A DNA stretch of 64,000 bases from positions 768,001 to 832,000 of the forward strand of contig CAWHBU010000004.1 in assembly GCA_963827685.1 (NCBI GenBank), written 5' to 3'. The notes below the pieces were generated by a model, which was not told the DNA's origin, did no database searches, and was given only the letters and a program-made list of their open reading frames with translations. The position numbers were made by a program, and so were the translations under genes. The first letter of the stretch is position 1, and each line of letters opens with the position of its first letter. This stretch comes from an uncultured delta proteobacterium. Lineage in GTDB: Bacteria; Desulfobacterota; BSN033; UBA1163. Positions 54,060 to 64,000 of the stretch are shown one piece after another.

Positions 54060-55937
54060 TCACCCAGAAAACCATCCAAAGGCTAAAGCGCAGAGTATCG
54101 CTGTGAACCCCAAGAGGAGCATGACCAGATAAGTCGAGAGCCTCCCTGTCGTCCAATGCTGCAATCCAGTAGAAAAGATCTGGAAGAGATTTCCCGTTTG
54201 ATCCATTCCTTCGTCCACAACCCCTTCGTCAATTTTCAACCATAAGAACGCTGCGATTCGTTGATAAGGCCGGACAACCGCTTTTTGATAGAATCGATCT
54301 AAGTAAAATCCCGACTCAAGGAGCTCATTCAGACCCTTTTGCAATGCTGCCGGCTGGCGGGCATAGAGAAAGTAGGCCCCTATCAGCACGGCGATGGAGA
54401 AAAGCCCGCTCCCAATTTCCATCGTCCACTCTAAGCCAGGAGAAACATTAAGCTGGGGAAGACTTCCAGAGACTGGGGAGAGGTATTGTGCCAGCCATTC
54501 CTTTCCAGACCAGATGACTGGAAGATTCAGAAAACCACTGAACAAAGAGAGAAGAACCAATGGCCACAATGTCCAGACCATTAACTTTGGCACCCGTCGA
54601 ATCTCACGATCTTCCTGGTTTTCGGATGTCCCCAGGAAGACGATGAAAAAAAGGCGAAATATATAAAGGGGTGTTAACAGAGCTGTAACCGCTGCCATGA
54701 ACCATAGGACTTTATAAATCAGTTCCGGGTGTCCGAAGGTCGCTAAAAGAATGCGGTCCTTGCTGAAAAAACCTCCTGTAAAGGGGAGGGCACCCAAGGA
54801 GAGCGATCCGGCCAGAAAGAACCAAAAAACGGTAGGCAGACGATCGCGCAGATGACGCATTCGAAAGATATCATGCTCATCATGGAGGGCCTGAATCACA
54901 CACCCAGCAGCGAGAAAAAGCAAGGCCTTAAAAAAGGCATGCGAAAGCAAGTGGAACATTCCTCCGATGATATCGCCAACCCCGACTCCCAGAAACATAT
55001 AGCTCACCTGGCTGATGGTTGAATAAGCCAATACCCGCTTGATATCCTTTTGGGTCAAAGCCGAGCAGGCTGCATAAAGAGCCGAGACGGCACCGACAAT
55101 GGAGATAGTGAGCATGGTCATCGAGGACAGCCTTACGACCGGAAAGAGCCTCATGAGTAAATAGACGCCTGCGGTGACCATGGTGGCCGCGTGAATTAGA
55201 GCAGAGACGGGCGTAGGCCCTGCCATGGCATCGGGCAGCCAAACTGTCAAAGGAAGTTGGGCAGACTTGCCGACAGCAGCCCAGAGAAGCAAGAGCCCCA
55301 ATGCCGTCGCCATACCCAAGCTCAGGGAGGAGGCCTTCGCATTAATGTGGAAGATAGAAAATTCATTAAAAACAATAAAGAAAAGGCCGATGGCAATCCC
55401 GAAGGCCACGTCTCCGATGCGTGTCAGCACAAAGGCTTTTCGACCTGCTGCTGCATTGACCACATCCCGGTACCAGAAACCGATAAGGGCGTATGAGCAG
55501 AAACCAACACCTTCCCAGCCCAGGTACAAAAAGATCAGGTTGTCTGAGAGGGTGATCACCAGCATGGAGAAGACAAAAAGGTTCATGTAACAAAAGTAAC
55601 GGACATAATCTTCATCCTCCCGCATAAAGCTGACAGAATAGAGATGGATGAGACTGGAAACAAAGGTGACCATCAAGGCCATGATCGCTGCAAGGGGATT
55701 ATAATAAACACTCATGGAAGCCGAAAAATCATTGAGGGCAATCCATCTGAACAGGGTGAGGACATAACTTTTCTGACCTGCCATGGCAAAAGCGACGATC
55801 GCCATCGACAAAGATCCCAAGACACTGCCGCAGGCAATGGTTTCTACCGCCCGTCTCGGCAAACGGCGTCCCACGACCGCTTGGAGAAACGCTCCCAATA
55901 AAGGGAAAAGGATTAGCAGAAGGAGGATCGTTTTCAT
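54060..55937 (-). CDS. nuoL: NADH-quinone oxidoreductase subunit L
   Basis: GKSAQLPL.VWLPDAMAGPTPVSALIHAATMV. Confidence 0.95.
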   Translation of the reverse strand: MKTILLLLILFPLLGAFLQAVVGRRLPRRAVETIACGSVLGSLSMAIVAFAMAGQKSYVLTLFRWIALNDFSASMSVYYNPLAAIMALMVTFVSSLIHLYSVSFMREDEDYVRYFCYMNLFVFSMLVITLSDNLIFLYLGWEGVGFCSYALIGFWYRDVVNAAAGRKAFVLTRIGDVAFGIAIGLFFIVFNEFSIFHINAKASSLSLGMATALGLLLLWAAVGKSAQLPLTVWLPDAMAGPTPVSALIHAATMVTAGVYLLMRLFPVVRLSSMTMLTISIVGAVSALYAACSALTQKDIKRVLAYSTISQVSYMFLGVGVGDIIGGMFHLLSHAFFKALLFLAAGCVIQALHDEHDIFRMRHLRDRLPTVFWFFLAGSLSLGALPFTGGFFSKDRILLATFGHPELIYKVLWFMAAVTALLTPLYIFRLFFIVFLGTSENQEDREIRRVPKLMVWTLWPLVLLSLFSGFLNLPVIWSGKEWLAQYLSPVSGSLPQLNVSPGLEWTMEIGSGLFSIAVLIGAYFLYARQPAALQKGLNELLESGFYLDRFYQKAVVRPYQRIAAFLWLKIDEGVVDEGMDQTGNLFQIFSTGLQHWTTGRLSTYLVMLLLGFTAILCALAFGWFSG

Positions 55938-55938
55938 G

Positions 55939-56244
55939 TCAGTCCTTCATCAGACTGTAGGCATCGGCATTGACAGAACCGGTACGTCGCTGGGAGTAAA
56001 CGATCAATGCCAAGCCCACGGCAACCTCTGAAGCCGCAACTGCCATAATAAATAGGACGAATATTTGTCCGTCCAGAAGCTGCCAGCGAAGCGATGCCCC
56101 AACAAAAGCAAGTCCGGCAGCGTTCAGCATGATTTCCACCCCGATGAGAATCATGATCAGATTGCGGCGTGCGATGGCACAAACGGCTCCCATCAGGAAA
56201 AGAATGACAGCCAATAGGAGCACATGATAGTAAGGAATGATCAT
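55939..56244 (-). CDS. nuoK: NADH-quinone oxidoreductase subunit K
   Basis: RRNLIMILIGVEIMLNA, VAASEVAVGLA. Confidence 0.95.
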   Translation of the reverse strand: MIIPYYHVLLLAVILFLMGAVCAIARRNLIMILIGVEIMLNAAGLAFVGASLRWQLLDGQIFVLFIMAVAASEVAVGLALIVYSQRRTGSVNADAYSLMKD

Positions 56245-56756
56245 CGCGTCTCCTTCGATTTCTTTTCCCCCCTGCCGAGGTAAAGGGCGCCTACGAGAGC
56301 GATGAGCAGCAGAAAAGAGGCAATTTCTACCGGGAACCAATAATTCTGAAAAAGAAAATGGCCAAACTCTTTAGGGGTTGCCATAGAAATACTTAGGGTC
56401 CTCCGGCTGTCGGGAACTGAAAAGAGGAGGGCTGCCGTGACCATCAGAGAGATTCCACCCAACACGATCGCAGGAAACCACTGCCGCAGCGCAGCCCTTT
56501 TAGTCCTCGCAGAGGGTTCCATCCGGATCATCATAATGATAAAGAGGAACAGGACCACAATCGCACCGGCGTAAATGATGACTTCCAGGACAGCAAGGAA
56601 AGGAGCTCCCAGAAGATAGAAGAGAAGGGCGGTGCCGAGAAAGGAGATGATCAGGTAGATTACGGCATGGACCACATGGCGACGAGTGATGGCGAGCGTT
56701 GTGGCGATCAGGATGACGATTCCTAACAGATAAAAGAAAGCCGCATATAAAGTCAT
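56241..56756 (-). CDS. nuoJ: NADH-quinone oxidoreductase subunit J
   Basis: VIIYAGAIVVLFLFIIMM, FPVEIASFLLL. Confidence 0.95.
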   Translation of the reverse strand: MTLYAAFFYLLGIVILIATTLAITRRHVVHAVIYLIISFLGTALLFYLLGAPFLAVLEVIIYAGAIVVLFLFIIMMIRMEPSARTKRAALRQWFPAIVLGGISLMVTAALLFSVPDSRRTLSISMATPKEFGHFLFQNYWFPVEIASFLLLIALVGALYLGRGEKKSKETR

Positions 56757-56775
56757 GCCAACACCTCAAACTTAT

Positions 56776-56935
56776 AGTTCGGAGCTCGGAGTCCAGAGTT
56801 CGGAGGCAAAAATTTATTTAATCTGAACCTAAGATTCATGACTATTCACCTTCGTGCGGCATTGAGTCATTGGTTGGACGCCATCCATAATTTGTTAAGT
56901 CTTACCTCCTAACTCCTAACTCCCACCTCCTAACT
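56776..56935. repeat. CGGAGTT/AACTCCT heptamer arms flanking ~100 bp between nuoI and nuoJ
   Basis: GTTCGGAGCTCGGAGTCCAGAGTTCGGAG ... CCTCCTAACTCCTAACTCCCACCTCCTAAC. Confidence 0.7.
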
Positions 56936-56944
56936 TATGACTTA

Positions 56945-57472
56945 TCATGGCAAATTGCTCTTGAGATTGACAGGTTTCTCTTCATTGATGTGAGTTCCTT
57001 TATCCCCCACCGTGGTGACTCCGGCGTGGCGATAAAAATTATATTCCTTGTTCTTACCACCGTGGTTGACCAGAAGGTCCTCTTTTTCAGCCACAAGCTT
57101 TAAAACCTCACGCTCACACGTTTCAAAAAAGGGAGTCAATTGGATCGCCAGGGTAGGGCAAGCCTCCTCGCAGAAGCCGCAGTAAATGCAACGCGCAAAG
57201 TTGATTCGGAACCATCGTGGATAACGACGGCCATCCTCACGCTGAGCCGACTGCATGGAGATACAACTGACCGGACAGACCGCGGAGCAGAGATAACAGG
57301 CCACACAACGTTCCTCTCCATCGGGGTCGCGAGTCAGGATGATCCTTGCCCGAGAGCGAGCGGGTAAGGAGCGCTTGTATTCAGGGTATTGTTCCGTAAT
57401 CGGTTTACGCAAAAGATGTTTGAAGGTGATTGAAAAACCGGTGATGAACCCCCTTAACCATTCCTTCAACAT
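56945..57472 (-). CDS. nuoI: NADH-quinone oxidoreductase subunit I
   Basis: CVACYLCSAVCP, CIYCGFCEEACP. Confidence 0.95.
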   Translation of the reverse strand: MLKEWLRGFITGFSITFKHLLRKPITEQYPEYKRSLPARSRARIILTRDPDGEERCVACYLCSAVCPVSCISMQSAQREDGRRYPRWFRINFARCIYCGFCEEACPTLAIQLTPFFETCEREVLKLVAEKEDLLVNHGGKNKEYNFYRHAGVTTVGDKGTHINEEKPVNLKSNLP

Positions 57473-57484
57473 TCTTATCTCCTT

Positions 57485-58489
57485 CTACGACTCGATCATT
57501 AGAATGACTGCGCCGGTGGCCATGATGTTGAGCAGGGCGAGAGGGATGAGTCCTTTCCAGCCCAGGGACATCAGTTGATCATACCTTAAGCGGGGCAATG
57601 TCCCCCGCATCCAGATCATTACGAATACGATCGCAAGAACTTTAAGGACGAACCAAACCAGGGGAGGGAGGAGCGGGCCGCGCCATCCCCCCAAGAAAAA
57701 GGCCGCCACCAAACCGCCAAGAACGATGAGGGTGATGTATTCCCCCAAGAAGAAAAGGCCGAATCGCATGCCACTGTATTCCGTATGATAGCCGGCTACC
57801 AGCTCATTTTCAGCCTCCGGCAGGTCAAAGGGTATCCGTTTAATCTCTGCTACGGCACTGACGAAAAAGATTAGGAAAGAAATCGGTTGAACCAGAATGA
57901 AAGGATAATGGGCCTGTGCATTGACAATGTCAACGAGACTGAAGGACCGGGCCAGCATGACGATGGGAACCAAGGAGAGCCCGAGGCTGAGCTCGTAGCT
58001 GATCATCTGTGCAGCACCCCGAATTCCACCCAACAGGCTATATTTTGAATTAGAAGCCCATCCTCCTAACGCGACGCCATAAACACCGAGGGAAGAAAGG
58101 GCGATGGCGAAAAGCAAACCGACATTTAAATCTGCAATGACCATAGGGATGGATCTGCCCCAGAGTGTGAGACCGTTTGCAAACGGGATGACGGCAAAAA
58201 TCAACATTGCCGTAGTACCCACGGCCGCCGGGGCGAGGAGAAAAATCGTCTTATCCGCTGCCTCAGGTACCGTGTCCTCTTTGGTGATCAGTTTGATGAG
58301 ATCGGCCAATGGCTGGAGCAGTCCGAATCGGCCAGCCCGATTCGGGCCGTAACGGACCTGCAGTCTGCCGAGAAGTTTGCGTTCAACCCAGACTAAGTAG
58401 GCGGCCGCCAGGAGCAAAACAAGGAGTACAACTCCAAGCTTTATGACAAGTAGAATAAATCCTGCGATCCAAGTTTGCATGCTTCTCAT
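57485..58489 (-). CDS. nuoH: NADH-quinone oxidoreductase subunit H
   Basis: GLLQPLADLIKL, AAQMISYE, PFDLPEAENEL, LPRLRYDQLM. Confidence 0.95.
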   Translation of the reverse strand: MRSMQTWIAGFILLVIKLGVVLLVLLLAAAYLVWVERKLLGRLQVRYGPNRAGRFGLLQPLADLIKLITKEDTVPEAADKTIFLLAPAAVGTTAMLIFAVIPFANGLTLWGRSIPMVIADLNVGLLFAIALSSLGVYGVALGGWASNSKYSLLGGIRGAAQMISYELSLGLSLVPIVMLARSFSLVDIVNAQAHYPFILVQPISFLIFFVSAVAEIKRIPFDLPEAENELVAGYHTEYSGMRFGLFFLGEYITLIVLGGLVAAFFLGGWRGPLLPPLVWFVLKVLAIVFVMIWMRGTLPRLRYDQLMSLGWKGLIPLALLNIMATGAVILMIES

Positions 58490-58495
58490 CTTCCT

Positions 58496-58585
58496 CCTCT
58501 CCCCTGACGGGAGAGGGCTGGGGTGAGGGTGCCAGATAACCCATCGTACCCCCTCCCCTCGATCCCCTCCCGCCAGGGGAGGGGA
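58496..58585. repeat. CCTCTCCC...GGGAGAGGG palindromic repeats between nuoG and nuoH
   Basis: Two hairpin units. Confidence 0.7.
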
Positions 58586-58608
58586 TTTTTTGAGGTGACA
58601 CCAGAAAC

Positions 58609-61104
58609 TTACACTTTCTTTATCCGGTCAATGGGCACCTTCACAGGGTACTCCTTCATTTTTTGCCACTGCAGTTGGCGATGCCGCGGCAAAACCATCA
58701 CCCCTGAAGCCATGTTCTCCGCTATGGACACATCAATTTCCAATGGTCCTCCATCAAGGGAGAGAACGACCCTGTCTCTGTCGTTGAGATTCAATCTCTT
58801 GGCATCCTTTGCATTCATAAAGAGACATGGAGATTTTTCAACCTGCTGGATGTATTTGGAGTAACCAGAAAGTTCTTCTGTACCAAAGGTCCAGTCCACG
58901 AGTAGGAGTTCCAGAGAATCGAGAGGAGAAGAGGACTTTTCCAATTTTCCCAGCGCATCCTGAGAAAAAGGGCTTCCACTCCTTTGAGCAGGGATGAGTC
59001 GGATATTCTCTCGCGGATCAGAAGGTTTCAGATTGGTAAAGATTGGATTTTCTTTAGCCAACCAGCCCCACAAGTCATTGAATGACATCGTGGGAACCAA
59101 AGACATGGCATGGGCGAGTTCTTCCAAAATCTGCCAGGCTGCTTTGGGTTCACTTCCTGGAATATCACTTCTGAAGGTTCTTGGTGGATGATCGGCAGCA
59201 CTTATCTGCTCAATCGGTATCCCCCCGGCATGAACTGGTTTTGAGAATTGGGCTCTCCCTTCCTGATTGATAAAGGCTGACTCCGTTTCAAAAAGAGGCA
59301 TTGTTGGTAACAAGATATGTGCAAGTTGTGCCGATCTCGAATTCAGATAGTCGAGCACCAATAAGAAATCGAGCTTATTGAAAGCCTGCTTCAGCCTCTG
59401 TCGGTCCGGGAAAGAGGAGAAGGGATCGCTCTCGACAAGAATGAGGGCCTTTACAGAACGATTTTCAATCGCCTCAATAATCTGCATCAAAGAATAATTC
59501 TCTGGAGAGAGAAGTGAGGCACCGAATGCATTCGCCCCTGGCATCAGATAAAAAAGCCCGGTTTTTCCCTTCGCTGCCTGGAGGAGCAGGGCGTTGTCAG
59601 CCGCCACTTCGGGCGTCGTCTTACGAACAATATCGGTACCGCACACGATTACGGGACGATGACTTTGCTGGAGTTTTGACGAAAGTCCGACGATATGATT
59701 GTTGATCGAAGGATCGAAAGGAGAATCTGTCGGGGCCGCATCATAGAAGCGGAGGGCATCAGGTCCGAAGACTTCTGCAACAGAGCGACTGACTGCTCTC
59801 TTCACGACCAGACTCATTAACAGATCCATATCCGAAGGAGATAATGGCAAATGGACAAATTCAAAAGGAAGAAAAATAGGCCTGGGATCGATCACCGCTG
59901 TGGTTGCTCCGTTACGATAGGCCTGTCTCATCGCCATAGTAAGCATAGGAGCTTCATTGACAGGATCCGCGCCCACTGTTAGGACGAAGTCGGCCTTCTC
60001 AATCTCGCGCATAGAAATGGCGAGTTGTTTATCCAACCTCGAAATGGCACTCTTCAACTTGCCAGCGATGATAGGATCATCAAAATAACCCGGTTCCTGC
60101 CATCCGTGTAGCTGGCAAGAACGCTTCAGCATCCCTTGATTCTCAAGGCTACTGCGACTGGAACTCATACAGGCGATCGAACGGGGTCCTCCGCTCTGCA
60201 TGATCTGTTTTAATCTTTCCCCAGCTGTTCGGATCGCTTTATCCCACAAAACCTCTTCCCCACCGATTCTTGCCCTCCGCGGCCTTTCGGGGAGGTTGGC
60301 ATAGTCAAAGCCATATCGTCCGCGGTCGCAAATAAAATATCCATTGACCGCTTCATCGAAATGCGCTTCGAGCCGAACGATCTCGCGATAACGGGCGCTC
60401 GTGATCGTATGGCATCCCAGGCAGCAATGGATACAAAGGGAGGAGCCTCGTTGATAGTCCCAGCGCCGGCCCTTGAAGCGAGATGGCTTGTCTGTATAAA
60501 CGCCCGTTGGACAGATATCGATGAGGTTTCCAGAGAAAGGGCTTTCCAGAGAGCCATCCTTGAACCGGCCGAAATAAGTATGATAAGCAATCTGCAAGGC
60601 TCCCAGGTCGCGATAACCGGTAAACTCCTGATAATAACGGAGGCATCGCCAGCAATGGATACAGCGATTCATCTCATGCTGGACAAAGACGCCCAGATAT
60701 TGGTCGCGATAAGTCCGCTTTTCACCAAGATAACGCCTGATGCCATGGCCGCCCGCAACGGTCATATCCTGGAGCAAACAGTGCCCGCCTTCATCACAGA
60801 CCGGGCAATCATGGGGATGGTTCATCATCAGCCACTCAATGACATGTTTGCGAAAATCAACTGCCTCTTCATTGGTCGTTGAAACCACCATTCCGTCTTG
60901 GGCGTCGGTCATACAACTCATCTGCACCCCCTTGACCGGACCTTCCAAAAATTTGACCGCACACATACGGCAGGCGCCTACCGATCCAAGAGCTACATGA
61001 TAGCAAAAACGCGGGATGATGATTCCCAGGCGCTCAGCGGCCTCAATGACTTTCATCCCTTTTGGAACTTCGATTTCTATACCGTCAATCCTTAACTTGG
61101 GCAT
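58609..61104 (-). CDS. nuoG: NADH-quinone oxidoreductase subunit G
   Basis: IPRFCYH...GACRMC, HPHDCPVCDEGGHC, RCIHCWRC, ICPTG, ICDRGRYG. Confidence 0.95.
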   Translation of the reverse strand: MPKLRIDGIEIEVPKGMKVIEAAERLGIIIPRFCYHVALGSVGACRMCAVKFLEGPVKGVQMSCMTDAQDGMVVSTTNEEAVDFRKHVIEWLMMNHPHDCPVCDEGGHCLLQDMTVAGGHGIRRYLGEKRTYRDQYLGVFVQHEMNRCIHCWRCLRYYQEFTGYRDLGALQIAYHTYFGRFKDGSLESPFSGNLIDICPTGVYTDKPSRFKGRRWDYQRGSSLCIHCCLGCHTITSARYREIVRLEAHFDEAVNGYFICDRGRYGFDYANLPERPRRARIGGEEVLWDKAIRTAGERLKQIMQSGGPRSIACMSSSRSSLENQGMLKRSCQLHGWQEPGYFDDPIIAGKLKSAISRLDKQLAISMREIEKADFVLTVGADPVNEAPMLTMAMRQAYRNGATTAVIDPRPIFLPFEFVHLPLSPSDMDLLMSLVVKRAVSRSVAEVFGPDALRFYDAAPTDSPFDPSINNHIVGLSSKLQQSHRPVIVCGTDIVRKTTPEVAADNALLLQAAKGKTGLFYLMPGANAFGASLLSPENYSLMQIIEAIENRSVKALILVESDPFSSFPDRQRLKQAFNKLDFLLVLDYLNSRSAQLAHILLPTMPLFETESAFINQEGRAQFSKPVHAGGIPIEQISAADHPPRTFRSDIPGSEPKAAWQILEELAHAMSLVPTMSFNDLWGWLAKENPIFTNLKPSDPRENIRLIPAQRSGSPFSQDALGKLEKSSSPLDSLELLLVDWTFGTEELSGYSKYIQQVEKSPCLFMNAKDAKRLNLNDRDRVVLSLDGGPLEIDVSIAENMASGVMVLPRHRQLQWQKMKEYPVKVPIDRIKKV

Positions 61105-61107
61105 CTG

Positions 61108-61225
61108 TTTGGTTTTTCTGGTTTCTTAAGTTTCTTTCGTTTATTAGGTTTATCTCCCTACGTCGTTTGGGTAAAAGCTGGTTCTTTTTTTCCTACTGCT
61201 TACTGCCTACTGCGTTCTGCTTACT
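61108..61225. repeat. 9-mer-like run plus CTGCYTA heptamer run between nuoF and nuoG
   Basis: TTTGGTTTTTCTGGTTTC... and CCTACTGCTTACTGCCTACTGC. Confidence 0.65.
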
Positions 61226-62492
61226 ATTTCTTATATGGACATTTCTTCTGGCTGATGTGCTCCTGGACCTCATCCGGAAAATGATCGAGCAAGCTCGTTA
61301 CAGGCATAGTGGCTCCAGGAGCAAAAGCACAATAGGATTTCCATGTGTGTTGACTCATGCGCCGGAGCATAGGAATAAACTCTTCCCTCCCCTCTCCAGC
61401 CTCGATGCGCCAGAGCAAATCCCTGATGAAGGGCAGTGCCTCTCGACAAGGGGTGCACCAGCCGCAAGATTCCCGGACGAAAAATTCGATCAAATTCAAA
61501 GTCGCTCCAACCAGACAGGTTTTCTGATCGAAGACAATGACGGCACCGGTCCCCAGCCTGTTCCGGCACTTCTTTAGGCCCTCGAAATCCATCTCGACAT
61601 CATAATCCTCTTTCCCGAGAAAACAGGTGGAAGCTCCCCCCGGCAGACACGTCTTGAATTCGGACCCCGGAAGCAACCCGCCCGCATGTTCTTCAACGAT
61701 TTCACTTAGGCGTGTTCCCATGGGAAGTTCAAAACAACCCGGACGATTCACCTTTCCACTGACACAATAGAGCTTCGTTCCGGCACTGGTTTTGGTCTTG
61801 GCTAAGGCTTTGAACCATTCGGGCCCATTTCTGATGATATGGGGTACGTTGACAAGGGTTTCCATGTTATTCAGAACTGTGGGCTGATCCCAGAGTCCCT
61901 TCTCCGTCGAGCGAGGGGGGGATTGTTTAGGATGAGCTCTCATCCCCATGATGGCATTGATTTGTGCTGTTCCCTCGCCGCAAATATACCGGCCCCCACT
62001 TCGGTGGACGACGAGATCGAAGGAGAAGTCACTTCCCATGATATTCTTGCCAAGGTAGCCAGCCTCTTTAGCGATCCTTATCTCTCTTTCAAGAATGAAA
62101 GCACTGCTTTCGTAAGAAGGCCGGACAAAGACAATTCCCTTTTGTGCTGAGACAGAATATCCAGCGATTATTGTTCCTTCGATGATCATGTGGGGGTCGG
62201 CATGGGTCATGATGCGATCCTTAAAGGTGCCGGGTTCCATTTCATCAACATTGGTGATCAGGTATCTCGGGAAAGGAGCATCGTCAGCAACCGATTTCCA
62301 TTTAAGCCCTGCAGGAAATCCAGCCCCTCCACGCCCCTGAAGTCCTGAATCGATAACGATCTGTTGGACTTCCTTGGGAGAGTATCTCTGAAGGGCCGTG
62401 GCTAATGCCTGGTAGCCGCCACTTTGGCGATACTCGTCTATCGTGGCGATTCGGTTTGGTTTGCGATTCTGGAAGATCACTTGCGGGTACAT
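61224..62492 (-). CDS. nuoF: NADH-quinone oxidoreductase subunit F
   Basis: GRGGAGFP.G.KW, DEMEPGTFKDR, YICGEGTA, ESCGWCTPCRE. Confidence 0.95.
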   Translation of the reverse strand: MYPQVIFQNRKPNRIATIDEYRQSGGYQALATALQRYSPKEVQQIVIDSGLQGRGGAGFPAGLKWKSVADDAPFPRYLITNVDEMEPGTFKDRIMTHADPHMIIEGTIIAGYSVSAQKGIVFVRPSYESSAFILEREIRIAKEAGYLGKNIMGSDFSFDLVVHRSGGRYICGEGTAQINAIMGMRAHPKQSPPRSTEKGLWDQPTVLNNMETLVNVPHIIRNGPEWFKALAKTKTSAGTKLYCVSGKVNRPGCFELPMGTRLSEIVEEHAGGLLPGSEFKTCLPGGASTCFLGKEDYDVEMDFEGLKKCRNRLGTGAVIVFDQKTCLVGATLNLIEFFVRESCGWCTPCREALPFIRDLLWRIEAGEGREEFIPMLRRMSQHTWKSYCAFAPGATMPVTSLLDHFPDEVQEHISQKKCPYKK

Positions 62493-62497
62493 TCAGC

Positions 62498-62992
62498 TTA
62501 CCTTGCCATCCTCGGTTGAGGTATTTCAGACCTCAACCGGTTGAGAATGTCGTCAATTTTTTCAGGAGTCAAGGGACCATAAGCCCTCCCGTTGATCAAC
62601 ATGGCGGGGGAGAGATCACAATAGCCGATGCAGGCGGTGGGAAGTATGGTAAACAATCCATCCTCTGTCGTTTCTCCAGGTCTGATCCCGAGTTTTTTAG
62701 AGAGATAATCCAGCACCGAATTATACCCGTTCATCCAGCAGACGACGCCATCGCAGACGTGGATAACGAATTTCCCTACTGGCTCGCGATAAATAAAATC
62801 GTAAAAGGTGGCGATTTCCTCCAATTCCAGGGGGGTCATACCAAGAAGATGGGCGCCTTCTTCGAGCGCCTCATCGCTCAGATAACCAAAGTGATTCTGC
62901 AAGGCGAACATAATATCCACGGCCAATTCCCGGGGATGATCCACCTTGGCAATCTGTGTTTGTAATGTTTCGAGTAGTTCTATAGGCAACAT
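62498..62992 (-). CDS. nuoE: NADH-quinone oxidoreductase subunit E
   Basis: ATFY, VCDGVVC, CIGYCDLSP. Confidence 0.95.
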   Translation of the reverse strand: MLPIELLETLQTQIAKVDHPRELAVDIMFALQNHFGYLSDEALEEGAHLLGMTPLELEEIATFYDFIYREPVGKFVIHVCDGVVCWMNGYNSVLDYLSKKLGIRPGETTEDGLFTILPTACIGYCDLSPAMLINGRAYGPLTPEKIDDILNRLRSEIPQPRMAR

Positions 62993-63003
62993 AAACCTAA
63001 CCT

Positions 63004-63146
63004 AATTGAGGAATTGCGAATTTAGGAATTCATAAGGCTTATTGGGTCAATTGAGCTTATTGGGTTATTGAGTTAACGCAAAGAACTCAAGTAACCCAAG
63101 CAACTCAAATAACCTTGTAATTCCCCAATTCCTAAATTCCTCAATT
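63004..63146. repeat. nested host palindrome: AATTGAGG/CCTCAATT 8-mer arms enclosing a 9-mer palindromic array
   Basis: Inner array centred on GAGTTAACGC, same family as the prophage arrays. Confidence 0.85.
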
Positions 63147-64000
63147 CACCGATCAATATCCGGTAAGATGTAATCGATTGACCCAACAATGGCCAGCAGG
63201 TCCGAAACCAGCCTTCCCTTCGCCATCAACGGCATCACCTGAACATTGGCGAAGCCAGGAGTTCGTATGCGCATCCGGTATGCCATATGGAGTCCATCGC
63301 TGACGACATAGTAGCCTTGCTCGCCTCTTGCAATCTCAGTGGCTGTGTAAGCCTCTCCTCTGGGAATCTTTGGTCCTCGTGTCACATTAATAAAATGATG
63401 AATAAGGCTCTCGATATCTTTTAGAGTGTCTGATTTATCCGGAACCGCATAACGATAGTCATCGCAGACATACCTTCCGCCGGGCATCTTGGCTGCAGCC
63501 TGTTCGATGATCCTTAAACTCTGTCGCATCTCCTCCACCCGAACCAGATATCGTGCATAGCAGTCCCCATTTTCAGCCGTTGGAATGTCGAATTGAAAAT
63601 TCTCGTAGCCAGAGTAAGGAAATTTTTTTCGCAGATCCCATTCCAGGCCGCAAGCACGTAAGTTGGGCCCAGTAACTCCCCATTCCATGGCATCCTTCAG
63701 AGAGAGCTGTCCTACACCGCGAGTCCTGGCTTCAAAAATGGGATTTTTTGTGATCAGTGATTCGTATTCTTTGAGGCGGGCCGGAAAGATTTTAATAAAG
63801 TCATCGACCGCCTCTTTCCATCCCTCCGGTAAATCGGCCGCTACCCCCCCGATTCGAAACCAGCTTGGGTGAAGACGGCCGCCCGTGATCAGTTCAACGA
63901 TATCCATGAGCTTTTCCCTTTCACGGAAGGTATAGAAAGTCGGGGTGATCGCTCCCACATCGTGGCAATAGGTACCAAACCAGACGAGATGATTGTTAAT
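63146..64000 (-). CDS. nuoD: NADH-quinone oxidoreductase subunit D (or CD), 5' truncated by window
   Basis: [51 protein letters not shown]. Confidence 0.93.
   Translation of the reverse strand: MNNHLVWFGTYCHDVGAITPTFYTFREREKLMDIVELITGGRLHPSWFRIGGVAADLPEGWKEAVDDFIKIFPARLKEYESLITKNPIFEARTRGVGQLSLKDAMEWGVTGPNLRACGLEWDLRKKFPYSGYENFQFDIPTAENGDCYARYLVRVEEMRQSLRIIEQAAAKMPGGRYVCDDYRYAVPDKSDTLKDIESLIHHFINVTRGPKIPRGEAYTATEIARGEQGYYVVSDGLHMAYRMRIRTPGFANVQVMPLMAKGRLVSDLLAIVGSIDYILPDIDR

Noticed and set aside
1-64000. tRNA, rRNA or selC genes
   Set aside because: No cloverleaf or rRNA signatures recognised by eye; a covariance search is needed to exclude them.

Overview
Positions 1 to about 45,200 are a near-complete Mu-like (transposable) prophage. 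It carries a repressor and Ner, a DDE transposase A and ATPase B, a string of small early genes (Gam, MazG-like, GemA), a lysis cassette, Mu gp25-28-like packaging genes, a portal, a MuF/gp30 minor head protein, and a fused protease-scaffold-capsid gene. The tail is non-contractile and lambda-like (tube, frameshifted chaperone, tape measure, Dit, gpL, gpK and I-J equivalents), with a ~5 kb accessory fibre module, two GNAT-like genes and a terminal DNA adenine methylase. The left phage end probably lies at or before the window start. Positions ~45,200-64,000 are host DNA, probably from an anaerobic Desulfobacterota/deltaproteobacterium-like organism (inference). They contain hicBA, a chimeric AAA ATPase, a macrodomain gene, an MFS transporter, a lipoprotein, a UGA-interrupted (selenocysteine) peroxiredoxin-like gene and nuoD-N. 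Highlights: (1) the phage MuF gene has an in-frame TGA exactly at the second Cys of its terminal N-C-x-C motif, followed by a SECIS-like hairpin and a short continuation, so it is a candidate phage structural selenoprotein in a host that appears to use Sec. (2) Phage and host share a rich set of palindromic short-repeat elements at gene junctions, including CCTGCC...GGCAGG mini-elements inserted without target duplication and nested up to three levels deep. (3) NuoF has Gly at the NADH/NADPH-discriminating Glu position. (4) A candidate RNA switch covers the methylase ribosome-binding site. All product calls come from motif recognition by eye; no database searches were run.
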